From an uncultured Gemmatimonadaceae bacterium (GTDB lineage: Bacteria; Gemmatimonadota; Gemmatimonadetes; Gemmatimonadales; Gemmatimonadaceae): a DNA stretch of 64,000 nt. Below the pieces are notes generated by a model. That model had not been told where the DNA came from, did not search any database, and saw nothing but the letters and a program-made list of their open reading frames with translations. Shown here piece after piece: positions 23,981 to 32,836 of this stretch; positions within the stretch are counted from its first letter, which is position 1, and each line of letters begins with the position of its first letter. The stretch covers positions 2,592,001 through 2,656,000 of the forward strand of contig CAWJMB010000002.1 of NCBI GenBank assembly GCA_963843845.1, in the 5' to 3' direction. The position numbers were made by a program, and so were the translations under genes.

Positions 23981-25765
23981 CTACGACTCGCCGACCGTCG
24001 CGATGTCGCGCCCGCGCCGCCGATACAGCGCCGAGTCGGCGACGTCGACGGCGTCGGCGATCGCGTCGTGGCCGTCGGCGGCGACGCGGCACGCGCCGAT
24101 GGACACGGTGACGGCGAAGGGCGCGGCGGGCGCCGAGTGGCGCGAGAGCGCCACGGCGAGCCGCTCGTCGAAGGCCGCGGCACGCGCGTCGTCCGATGGC
24201 GACGCATCGTCAGCCCCGCTCGTCGCGGCCGGATCGGACGTCAGCGCCACGAACTCGTCGCCGCTCCAGCGCGCGGTGAGCCCCTGCTCGCCGACGACCT
24301 CGCGCAGCGCGCGCGCCACGCGGCGCAACGCGTCGTCGCCGGCGGCGTGCCCGTGATGATCGTTGATGTATTTCAGACCATCGAGGTCGGCGAACAGCAC
24401 GACCGCGTCGCCGCCCCGCTCTCGCAGCCGCCGAAGCTCCCCCTCGGCGAAGAGCGAGAAGCCGCGCCGGTTGTGCAACCCGGTCAGCTCGTCGAGCAGT
24501 GCCAGCTCGCGCAGCTCGCGCTCGTTGCGGAGCTGCGGTCCGATGTCGCGCGCGACGACGACGACGGCGTCCCGATCGTGATAGCGGCACGGACTCGACG
24601 CCAGCTCCACGTCGATCGGGCTCCCGTCGCTCCGCGTCAGCGTCGTCCGCACCCGACCCGACGACGCGGTCGGAACTTCCCCATCCCTCGACTCCGGCGC
24701 CTCGCGGTCGCCGTCGCCGATGAACGAGTCGACGTCGCGCCCTGCCAGCACGTGCTCGTCCGCGACGCCGAGCAGGCGCGCCGCGGCGGCGTTCGCGAAG
24801 AGCACGCGCGCCCGATCGTGCACGAGCACCGCGTCGGGCGACAGCTGTAGGAGCTGGCGATAGCGCTGCTCCGTTTCGCGCAGCGCACGCGCCTGCCGAC
24901 GCGTCACGACGCGAATCGTGGTGAGCACGAGGAGGCCGGCGAGCACGAACGCGACGACGCCGTCGCGCACCCGTCGCGCGACCTGCCGCGAGTACCCGAC
25001 CGTGCGCACGTCACCATTCCGACGCGGAATGATCTGCGTCACCGCGGCGTCGCCCGGGTTGTCGAGATAGACGCTGACGTTCCCGGTGACCTCGAGCTGA
25101 TCACCCCGCTGCACGTCGGCGAGGACGGGCGGATCGTGATGCGTCCACGGCACCCAGAGCGTGAGCGAGTCACCGGCGCCTTTGTGATGCAGGCGAAGCC
25201 ACCGCCCCCCTTCACTCTCCCCGCGTGCACCGACGACGCCGCGCACGCGGAGCAGTCGCCCTTCGGCGACCACGGCGCCGGGCCACGACGTGTCGGGCGC
25301 GACCAGGACGGGAGTCTGTGCCGGGACGACGCGCACGGACGTCGCGATCAGCTCGAGCGACCCGCGGTACGTCGCGAGAGTGCCTCGCGCCTCGACGCTG
25401 TCTCCCTCGTCGACGCGGAGCGTCGTCGCGCGCCGGTACACCCAGATCGCCGACCCCCCGTTCGAGACGGCGATCAGTAGGTGTCTCGGCTGCAACGCTC
25501 CGCTCGGTACCGTCGCCCGCCCGGCGATCGCCACGGTGTCCCCGATGCGCGCGGCCGCGATCACGGCACCGATCGGCTGCGCCTTCGCGCCGTCCGCCTT
25601 CGCGCCGTCCGCACTCGCGCCGTCCGCACTCGCGCCGTCCGCGGTCGCGCCGTCCCCGGTCGCGCCCTCGGCTGGCCGCTGGGCGTGCCCCAGGCCCGGT
25701 CCCAACATCGCCAGCGACATCGCGTACGCGAGCGATCCAAACGACGATCGGAACGACAAGGCCAT
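23981..25765 (-). CDS. Membrane diguanylate cyclase: extracytoplasmic tandem OB-fold-like domains, TM, PAS, GGDEF (SGDEF variant)
   Basis: Signal-like N-terminus; GDSVEARGTLATYRGSLEL and GDQLEVTGNV OB-like strands; TM; PAS; DELTGLHNRR, DLDGLKYINDHHGHAAGD, RWSGDEF. Confidence 0.85.
   Translation of the reverse strand: MALSFRSSFGSLAYAMSLAMLGPGLGHAQRPAEGATGDGATADGASADGASADGAKADGAKAQPIGAVIAAARIGDTVAIAGRATVPSGALQPRHLLIAVSNGGSAIWVYRRATTLRVDEGDSVEARGTLATYRGSLELIATSVRVVPAQTPVLVAPDTSWPGAVVAEGRLLRVRGVVGARGESEGGRWLRLHHKGAGDSLTLWVPWTHHDPPVLADVQRGDQLEVTGNVSVYLDNPGDAAVTQIIPRRNGDVRTVGYSRQVARRVRDGVVAFVLAGLLVLTTIRVVTRRQARALRETEQRYRQLLQLSPDAVLVHDRARVLFANAAAARLLGVADEHVLAGRDVDSFIGDGDREAPESRDGEVPTASSGRVRTTLTRSDGSPIDVELASSPCRYHDRDAVVVVARDIGPQLRNERELRELALLDELTGLHNRRGFSLFAEGELRRLRERGGDAVVLFADLDGLKYINDHHGHAAGDDALRRVARALREVVGEQGLTARWSGDEFVALTSDPAATSGADDASPSDDARAAAFDERLAVALSRHSAPAAPFAVTVSIGACRVAADGHDAIADAVDVADSALYRRRGRDIATVGES
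25583..25672. repeat. 6 x 15-bp imperfect tandem repeat in the DGC N-terminal linker
   Basis: Units like (c/a/g)ntcgcgccgtccgc encode AEGAT-GDGAT-ADGAS-ADGAS-ADGAK-ADGAK. Confidence 0.9.
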
Positions 25766-25971
25766 CGACGACGACAGTGAGAGGCGCGACGAATCGGGAG
25801 TTCGCCGGACGCAGAATGGACGGTGCGAGCGAGCCCGTCAATGACCGGCTTTCGGTCGGTTCGCGCGTGCGCGGTGACGTCGCACCCACCGTCGCCGATG
25901 CTGCGTTCTCGTGCGTCATCGCGCAATGGCGTGGCACGCGCTCCCGCGGCCCGCGACCGCAGCGTGGAGGC

Positions 25972-26850
25972 ATGTCCACACGTCTCTCCGGGCGCTCGTG
26001 TGACGGTCGCGTGACGCGACGAACGCACCCTGGAGCCCTCCAGCGCGTTCCGTTCCGTCCCCGCATCGTCGCGTGCTTGCTCGCCTCGCCCCATCCGTTC
26101 GTCGCACCCCTGGTTGACGTCCGTGGCGCGACGCTCCGACTGTTCGACGATCGTCGCGCGCTCCTCGCGTGCGCGCGCAGCGGCTCGGCCGCCGCGATCG
26201 TCGTCGACCTGCACGATGCGGACGGGCGGCCGACGAACGGCACCGTGCGCGCCGTTCGCATCGTCGCGCCATCCCTGCCCGTCTTCGCGCGCTGTCGGCT
26301 GGTGCCGCACGACTGCCGGCTGCTGCTCGACTTCGCGCGCGCCGGCGGCACCGACGTGCTCGTCGACGGCAACTGCGACGCGCTGGTCGCCGCCCTGGCG
26401 CCACGTGCCGCGCGCACCACGGCAGCGATCCACCGTGCCATCGTCGAGCGTCTCGTCGCCGCCGGGCTGCCGCACTCGATCGTGCCGCTGCTCGACGCGC
26501 TCCTGACGCACGTCGACGATCCAGGCGCCGTCGATCGCGCCGCGGCCGCACTGGGCACGAGTCGTCGCGGATTCGAGCGCCGGCTCGTGCGAGCCGCACT
26601 GCCGCCGCCCCGCGCGCTGCAGATCTGGTGTCGACTCCTCGTCGCCGCGGAACGGCTCGCCGGTGACGATGCCGTCGAACGGATCGCGCACGACGTCGGC
26701 TTCTCGTCCGCGAACGCCCTCCGCAACGCGATGCAGCGCTACGCCGGCGCGACGCCGACCGCGATCCGCGACGGCGGCGTCGATCGGCTCGTGACGCGCT
26801 TCCGGGAGGCGCACGTCCGGGCAGTCCGCAGTGAGGGCGACGAGGCATGA
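25972..26850 (+). CDS. AraC-type HTH transcriptional regulator with degenerate receiver-like N-domain (start uncertain)
   Basis: AAALGTSRRGFERRL and VERIAHDVGFSSANALRNAMQRYAGATPT double HTH. Confidence 0.8.
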   Translation: MSTRLSGRSCDGRVTRRTHPGALQRVPFRPRIVACLLASPHPFVAPLVDVRGATLRLFDDRRALLACARSGSAAAIVVDLHDADGRPTNGTVRAVRIVAPSLPVFARCRLVPHDCRLLLDFARAGGTDVLVDGNCDALVAALAPRAARTTAAIHRAIVERLVAAGLPHSIVPLLDALLTHVDDPGAVDRAAAALGTSRRGFERRLVRAALPPPRALQIWCRLLVAAERLAGDDAVERIAHDVGFSSANALRNAMQRYAGATPTAIRDGGVDRLVTRFREAHVRAVRSEGDEA

Positions 26851-26900
26851 CGCGAGGCATGACGCGAGGCATGACGCGAGGCATGACGCGAGGCGTGACG
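26841..26900. repeat. 5 x 12-bp tandem repeat CGAGGCATGACG (fifth unit CGAGGCGTGACG)
   Basis: Read directly; first unit contains the regulator stop codon. Confidence 0.95.
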
Positions 26901-27022
26901 CGTGTCGCGCGGAGTGTGCGGGCACGACGGCGCGTCGCCGCATCGTGGCCTCGCGTTCACGGCGGCGCACGTCCGCGGCGTTCGTGGGCGCGAGCGCCAT
27001 ACCTCAAGCGGAGGAGAACGAC

Positions 27023-27487
27023 ATGACGACACGAGCGATGGGCCCACGCCTCGCGGCACTACTCGCTGCGGTCACGACGATGGCGGCGGCCGGATCGGTC
27101 GCCGCGCAGCCGCCGACGAAGGCGCGGGCCGGCACGACGAAGACGCTGCTCGCGGAGTGCGACTACATGGTGAGCAGCTGTGGCGGCTCGCCTTACATGG
27201 ACCAGTTCGGGATCGGCGGCGGCGGCAGCGGCGGCGGCGTCGGCGGGGGATACGGCGACTCCGCCGACGGTCCCGCTCCGAAGTACGTCTGCGACGGCGG
27301 GAACGGGCCGGCGTGCAAGACGATCGTGACCGAGCGGTGCACGGCGTGGGTGATCGGGGGAGCGAACGGCACCGTCACCGTCACGGTCGGTACGTCGAGC
27401 GGAGGCACCATCGGCGCCGGCGCCACGCGCACCTGTTCGGAGACGGTCACGACGACCGAGACGGTCTATCTGCGCAAGACGTCGTAG
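27023..27487 (+). CDS. Secreted Cys/Gly/Thr-rich small protein (154 aa), candidate exported effector or precursor
   Basis: GGAGGA SD at about 27010; Sec signal ending VAA-Q; Cys at 46, 53, 90, 98, 106, 138; poly-Gly linker; Thr/Val-alternating C-terminus. Confidence 0.8.
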   Translation: MTTRAMGPRLAALLAAVTTMAAAGSVAAQPPTKARAGTTKTLLAECDYMVSSCGGSPYMDQFGIGGGGSGGGVGGGYGDSADGPAPKYVCDGGNGPACKTIVTERCTAWVIGGANGTVTVTVGTSSGGTIGAGATRTCSETVTTTETVYLRKTS

Positions 27488-27510
27488 CCGTCCCCCCCGC
27501 GCGCACACCG

Positions 27511-27990
27511 ATGCGACCGTCCATTGTTGCGACGCTCCATATCGCCGTCGCACTCGATGCGTGCCGGCTCGCGGGCCCCTCGCCGCTGGCGGAGTTGCCA
27601 GCGGCGGGCGGCTCGGAGCTCCGAGCCGTCCTCCTGATGAGTGAGCGGGACTGCGACAGCAACCTCGCCGCGTTCGGCGTGTTCGACCGCGACGAGGTCC
27701 GACGGGCGGTGCCGCTCGTCGGCGTCGTGGCGCTCGAGCCGCGTGCCGACTCGGCCCGCATCCGTCGATCGCTCGCCGCATTCGACGTGCACGCCCCAGT
27801 TCTCACGGTTCGCGATGCGACACGCGAGAGTCTCCGCGCAGCGTCGCACGACCATCGCATGACAGTGCTGATCGTCCGACGCGATCGCGTGGCGCTGGCG
27901 CTTCGCCCGGCCGAAGGCTCGCTCGGACTCGTGCAGTTCAAGCGCGATGTGCTCGCGCTCACCGCGGCTCACCTCGACTCGTCCCGATGA
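27511..27990 (+). CDS. Hypothetical lipoprotein, possible degenerate thioredoxin-like fold
   Basis: Lipobox-like LDAC; AVLLMSERDCDSNL resembles a Trx beta1-CxxC region with one Cys; ATGA overlap with next gene. Confidence 0.55.
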   Translation: MRPSIVATLHIAVALDACRLAGPSPLAELPAAGGSELRAVLLMSERDCDSNLAAFGVFDRDEVRRAVPLVGVVALEPRADSARIRRSLAAFDVHAPVLTVRDATRESLRAASHDHRMTVLIVRRDRVALALRPAEGSLGLVQFKRDVLALTAAHLDSSR

Positions 27991-29034
27991 CCTTCACCGT
28001 CGCACGTCTCCGCCTCGTCTTCCCCCTCGGGGCGCTCGCCATCGTCACGGCCACCGGATGCCGCGACCGCTCGGGCAGCGATGTCTCGGCCGGATCCTGG
28101 CCTCACTGCGACCGCGGGGCGAGCGTTCACGCGGTCGCTCGCGGACACGGCATGGGTCGTCGAGCTCGGTACCGACAGTGGCCTGTTCGCGCCGACCGAC
28201 ATCGCCCTCGACCGGACACAGCTCTACCTCGCCGACCAGGCGACGCGGAGCCTCACCGCGCTCGACCGCGGCACGGGAGGCGTCCGCTGGCGTGCGCCGA
28301 TCCTGTCCGACAAGGGCGACACGCTGACGCACAACTGGCTGGCGTCGAGCCGCCGCGGCGGCGTGTACGTGGGAGACATGACGCCCGGCGTCGTCTGGCA
28401 CGTCCCTGCACGCGGCGGGCGCGCCGAACGCATCGTGCTCTCCACGGCACAGACGGCGAGCGCGATGTGCGAGTTGCCGGACACGACGCTGCTCGTGGCA
28501 CCGCTCCAGCGCCGGCGGGACGTCTTCGTGTTCGACCCGTCCGGCACCGTGCGCTCCACGCACGCGATCCCGTGGCCGGGGTTGCAGACGTCACCAGACC
28601 TTCGGCTCCATGCGGTACTCGCGCCTGCGGGCGATGGCTGCGTGATGGCGCTGTCGTTCGGAGTCGGGTTCGCCCACTTCTCGGGCGGGCGCTTCTCGGA
28701 CGTGGTGGAGTATGTCGAGCCGACCGCGCTCCCCGCCGTCGACAGCGTCGTCACACCGGTACCGGACGGCCGCCGCATCGAGACGACGCTCCGGTCGACC
28801 GAGGTCGCCGCGAATGACGTCGCGGCGACCCCGACTCGCATCGCGATCGCGTTCGGTGGTCGTTCCCCCGACCGGAACCACCTCGTCGACGTCTACGACC
28901 GGCGCGGCAGCTACGTCGAGTCGTTCCGGCTCACGACCGCGATCGGTGGAATCGCCGCGAACGATTCCTCGCTCTTCGTGCTGACCCGCCGGCGTGGCCT
29001 GCCCGTGCTGGTCGCCTTTCGCTGGCCTCGCTAG
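27987..29034 (+). CDS. Beta-propeller (TolB-like/6-bladed) lipoprotein, apparent frameshift at about 28085-28125
   Basis: N-terminus LAIVTATGC in one frame; LFAPTDIALDRTQLYLAD, VFVFDPSG, LVDVYDRRGSYVESFRL blades in the 28081 frame. Confidence 0.7.
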
Positions 29035-29056
29035 GCACTGCCACCTCGGCCCATCC

Positions 29057-29773
29057 ATGCTTCGCGCTCATCACCTCACCAAGCGCTTCGCTCCGGCGAG
29101 TGACGCGCTCGTGGACGTCTCGTTCGAGGTCGCCGACGGCGAGCTGTGCGCGCTCGTCGGGCACAACGGTGCCGGCAAGACGACGTGCATGAACTGTTTC
29201 CTCGACTTCGTGCGCCCCGATGGTGGGCACGCGGCGATCGACGACGTCGTCGTCGCACGAGCGCCGGTCGACGCCCGCCGACGCCTCGCGTTCCTCGGCG
29301 AGCACGTTGCCGTCTACGCTCGGCTCACCGGCCGCGAGAACGTCCGCTTCTTCGTTCGGCTCGCGGGGCGAACCCGTCTGTCCGCCACGGAGGCCGGAGA
29401 CGCGCTCGCTCGGCTCGGACTCCCGGCGCATGCCATCGACCAGCCGGTCTCGACGTACTCGAAGGGGATGCGTCAGCGCGTCGGACTCGCGATCGCTGCC
29501 GCGTGTCGCGTGCGCAATCTCGTGCTCGACGAACCGACCACCGGGCTCGACCCCGACGCCGCAGGCGCGCTCGTCACGCTGCTTCACGAGCTGAGCCGCG
29601 ATGGCTGTGCCGTGCTCGCCAGTTCACACGACCTCGCCCGCTTCGCCGGCGTCGCCGACGCCGCCGTGTGCCTCGCTCGCGGCCGAGTCGTCGACACGGC
29701 GCGCGGAACGACGGTTCGGCGGCACGGCTTGGAGTCGTGGTACGACCGCGTCGCGAGGGGAGAGGTCGCATGA
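29057..29773 (+). CDS. ABC transporter ATP-binding protein
   Basis: GHNGAGKTT, YSKGMRQR, LDEPTTGLD, SSH. Confidence 0.92.
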   Translation: MLRAHHLTKRFAPASDALVDVSFEVADGELCALVGHNGAGKTTCMNCFLDFVRPDGGHAAIDDVVVARAPVDARRRLAFLGEHVAVYARLTGRENVRFFVRLAGRTRLSATEAGDALARLGLPAHAIDQPVSTYSKGMRQRVGLAIAAACRVRNLVLDEPTTGLDPDAAGALVTLLHELSRDGCAVLASSHDLARFAGVADAAVCLARGRVVDTARGTTVRRHGLESWYDRVARGEVA

Positions 29774-31275
29774 TCCTCCTCATCGCGCGACGAGAGCTGC
29801 TCGGTCATCTGCGCAGCACGAGACTCCGGGCGCTGTTCGCGCTCGTCGTCCTCTTGCTCGCCGTCGGCACGTACGTCGATGTGCGGCGGTACCAGGCGCG
29901 CGTTCGCTTCGCCGACGCGCTCGACGCGATGCGCGTGACGGCGTCGGCACTCCCGCGCGACGACGCCGAGGGAATGACGGCACGATTCGGCTGGCGCGCC
30001 GGACGGCTGACGAACGACCCCGCACTCCGCGCCATTCGTCCGCCGGTTCCCGCGAGCGTCTTCGCCCTCGGCGCCGATCTCGCGACGCCAGGGTACTGGC
30101 AGTTCGGTACCGAGGGCGCCGTCGCCGGCCCGGCACCAGCGGCCGAATCGGCTGCGGCTGGAAGCGGTGGCGCAGCGACGCTCGACCTGACGTTCGTCGT
30201 TCGGGTCGTGCTCTCGCTCGCCGCGTTGCTCGTCGCCGCCGACACGATCGCCGGCGATCGCGAGCGAGGAACGCTCCGGACGCTGTTCGCGGCCCCCGTG
30301 TCACGCGTCGACATCGTCCTCGGCAAGTACCTCGGCGGAGTGCTCGCCCTCGGAGTGCCGCTGCTCACGGGCGCCATCGCCGCCGCGATCGTCGTCGCGA
30401 CGACGCAGCCTGCACTGCTGACGGCGGGGCTCGGCGTACGCGTGCTCCTCCTGGCGGCGGCGAGCGGAGCGTACCTGGCGGCGATGCTCGCGTTGGGCAC
30501 CTGCATCAGCGCACGCTGTCGCGACGCCCAGACGGCGGTCGTAGTGCTGGTCGCGACGTGGGCGACCGTGGTCATCGTCGTGCCAGCCGCCGCGCCTCTC
30601 GCCGCCGCCGTCGTCCGACCCGTCGCGTCCGACGAGGTCGTCGCGTACGAACGGACGGAGTCGGTCCGGCAGCTCGAGACCGAGCGCGCTCGCGCGCTGG
30701 CGGCGATCTGGGAGCAGGTGAGCGGCACAGGCGTGGTGCCGGACGCGACGACCCTGACGCCGAGACTGCGCCGGCAGTACGACGAGGCACGACGCGGCAC
30801 GGAGCAGGAGTTCATGCGCCGGAAGCGCACGCTGCTGCGCACGACGGCCGACGACCGCCGGCGTCAGATCGCGCGCCAGCTCGCCGTGCTCGAAACGATC
30901 GACGTGCTGTCCCCGCCGGCGGCGTTCGCGATGGTCGCTTCGGCAGTCGCGGGGACGAGCACGGGCGCCCTGAGCCGATGGCAGCTCGCGGTCGACGAGC
31001 ACCAGCAGCGGCTGGAGCGCACGATGTTCGACCGGCAGTTCGGCACCGAGCTGTTCGTGAAGCCGCTGAACTACCTGCGCGTCGCGTTCCTGCCGAACGC
31101 GAACGATCCGAGCGAGCGACTTCCACGATACGACGAGCTGCCCGCCTTCGCGCCACCGGCGGCGGACCTCGGCGCGGACGTACGAGCGGCGCTGCCCCTA
31201 CTCGGCGTGCTCGTCACGCACACTCTCGTCTTCCTCGCGCTCGCCGGTGTCGCCGTGCTGCGCATGGACGTGTGA
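29770..31275 (+). CDS. ABC-2 type exporter permease with large periplasmic insertions
   Basis: IARRELL N-terminus; DTIAGDRERGTLRTLFAAPVSRVDIVLGKYLG; multiple TMs; coiled periplasmic segment. Confidence 0.88.
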   Translation: MILLIARRELLGHLRSTRLRALFALVVLLLAVGTYVDVRRYQARVRFADALDAMRVTASALPRDDAEGMTARFGWRAGRLTNDPALRAIRPPVPASVFALGADLATPGYWQFGTEGAVAGPAPAAESAAAGSGGAATLDLTFVVRVVLSLAALLVAADTIAGDRERGTLRTLFAAPVSRVDIVLGKYLGGVLALGVPLLTGAIAAAIVVATTQPALLTAGLGVRVLLLAAASGAYLAAMLALGTCISARCRDAQTAVVVLVATWATVVIVVPAAAPLAAAVVRPVASDEVVAYERTESVRQLETERARALAAIWEQVSGTGVVPDATTLTPRLRRQYDEARRGTEQEFMRRKRTLLRTTADDRRRQIARQLAVLETIDVLSPPAAFAMVASAVAGTSTGALSRWQLAVDEHQQRLERTMFDRQFGTELFVKPLNYLRVAFLPNANDPSERLPRYDELPAFAPPAADLGADVRAALPLLGVLVTHTLVFLALAGVAVLRMDV

Positions 31276-31280
31276 CCGCG

Positions 31281-32807
31281 ATGCGACCGACGATCCGCGC
31301 CTTCGCGTTAGGCAGCGTCCTCGTAACGCCGCTGGCCTCGGCCGTCGAGCGCGCCTCCGCGCAATCTGCACCGACGGCGATCAGCCCGTCGACCTACCTC
31401 GACGTGCTTCGCGCGGGCACCGACCTGCGCCAGGCCACCGCGGAATTCGCGCGCGCTGCGGCATTGCGCTCGCGCGCCATGCTGTCGCCGAGCGAATACG
31501 ACGAACGGCGCGCCGCGTGGGAGCGGGCGCGGCTCACCTATCTCGGCACGCTCGCAGCAGCAGGCGGGGCGCGGACGCATGTCGCGATCGTACGCGCCGT
31601 GAAGGTACGACGGCCGGATGGACGGCTTCGTGTCGAGCTGGCACTGCGCAACGACGCACGCCTCCCAACCATCGCTGGGCTCTGGCAGCAGTCCGACACA
31701 CCGGCCGACGACCCGTCCGTGCGCGACCTCACATTCACGAACGCCGACGACGATCGAGCCGCGCTCGTCGCGTGGACGACGGCGCACGCTGCGGTCGTCG
31801 CGCTGAAGACGGAATCGGGCGCGAATGGCGTGGCGATCTCGCGCCCCTACGAGCGCACGCTGCCCGACCTGGCCCCGGGTCAGGGAGCGACCGTCGAGTT
31901 CGACTTGCTCGAAGATCTGAGCGACATCGTGGTGTCGCTCGACGCCGCAGGCCGGACCGACGAGCGACGCATCCGGTTGGAGGTCGCGTCGAGTGAGCGC
32001 GGGATCACCGTCGACGCCGCCCAGTCCTCACTCGAAGGCGACCTGGGTACGCAGATCGTCTACGACCTGCACCTTCGCCGCGCCCGGCCGAGTGCCGCAC
32101 CACTACGACTCGACGTGCGCGAGCTCCCGGCGGAGATCGCCTTCGAGTTTCGTGAGGCCGTCGGCGGAAAGCGACTGCGCCAGCTGCGCTTCGCCGACGG
32201 CGCCACGGCCGGAGGCGTCCAGCTCGTGCTGTCGCTCCCCGACCGTCCATCGAACGCCGTGCCGGTCGAGCGGGCGCTCGCGTTCTCGGTCGTTGCCGAG
32301 GACGCGAGCGACGGTCCGATCGCGCATACGTCCGCGACGAGTCGCGGTGTGGCCCGACTCGAGCTCGTCCCGCGCGGCGTCGCGCGACTCGAGATGCGTC
32401 CGGCGACGCTCACCCTCACTACCGCACTCGGCCGGTCGAGCGTCCTGCCGGTCACGATTCGCAATGCAGGGTCGGGCCGCGTCGAGGACGTGCGGCTTCG
32501 CGTCGAGCCGCCGTCGCGCTGGCACATCACGTCGGCGCCGGGCGTGGTGCCACGACTCGCGCCTGGCGAGGAGGCGCGCGTCGAGTTGCGCGTGCAGGCT
32601 CCGCCAGACGCCACCGTCGGCGACTACGAGCTCCGGCTCGGGATAGACGACGCCGGCTCCGCGCGCCGGGTCGAGGTCGACGACAAGCTCGTGCGCCTAC
32701 ACGTCGTCGGGCGCGGCGGGTGGCTCACTCCGGTGTTGCTGGCCCTCGCCGCCGCGGGGCTCACGATCGCGCTGTTCACGCACGGGCGGCGGTGGATCAA
32801 CCGATGA
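31281..32807 (+). CDS. Exported NEW3/Ig-like domain protein with C-terminal TM anchor
   Basis: Signal peptide ASA-Q; VTIRNAGSGRVEDVRL...PSRW...LAPGEE...PPDATVGDY NEW3-like domain; C-terminal TM plus RRWINR. Confidence 0.75.
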   Translation: MRPTIRAFALGSVLVTPLASAVERASAQSAPTAISPSTYLDVLRAGTDLRQATAEFARAAALRSRAMLSPSEYDERRAAWERARLTYLGTLAAAGGARTHVAIVRAVKVRRPDGRLRVELALRNDARLPTIAGLWQQSDTPADDPSVRDLTFTNADDDRAALVAWTTAHAAVVALKTESGANGVAISRPYERTLPDLAPGQGATVEFDLLEDLSDIVVSLDAAGRTDERRIRLEVASSERGITVDAAQSSLEGDLGTQIVYDLHLRRARPSAAPLRLDVRELPAEIAFEFREAVGGKRLRQLRFADGATAGGVQLVLSLPDRPSNAVPVERALAFSVVAEDASDGPIAHTSATSRGVARLELVPRGVARLEMRPATLTLTTALGRSSVLPVTIRNAGSGRVEDVRLRVEPPSRWHITSAPGVVPRLAPGEEARVELRVQAPPDATVGDYELRLGIDDAGSARRVEVDDKLVRLHVVGRGGWLTPVLLALAAAGLTIALFTHGRRWINR

Positions 32808-32836
32808 TCCGCAGATCGCCAGGGCCACCCGCTCGG

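Noticed and set aside
26841..26900. Repeat array as a possible CRISPR
   Set aside because: Contiguous 12-bp units with no spacers and no cas genes.
27023..27487. Classical RiPP (lanthipeptide, sactipeptide or microcin B17-like) precursor
   Set aside because: It has a Sec signal rather than a leader peptide, and no LanM/LanBC, radical SAM, YcaO or C39 peptidase gene lies in the window.
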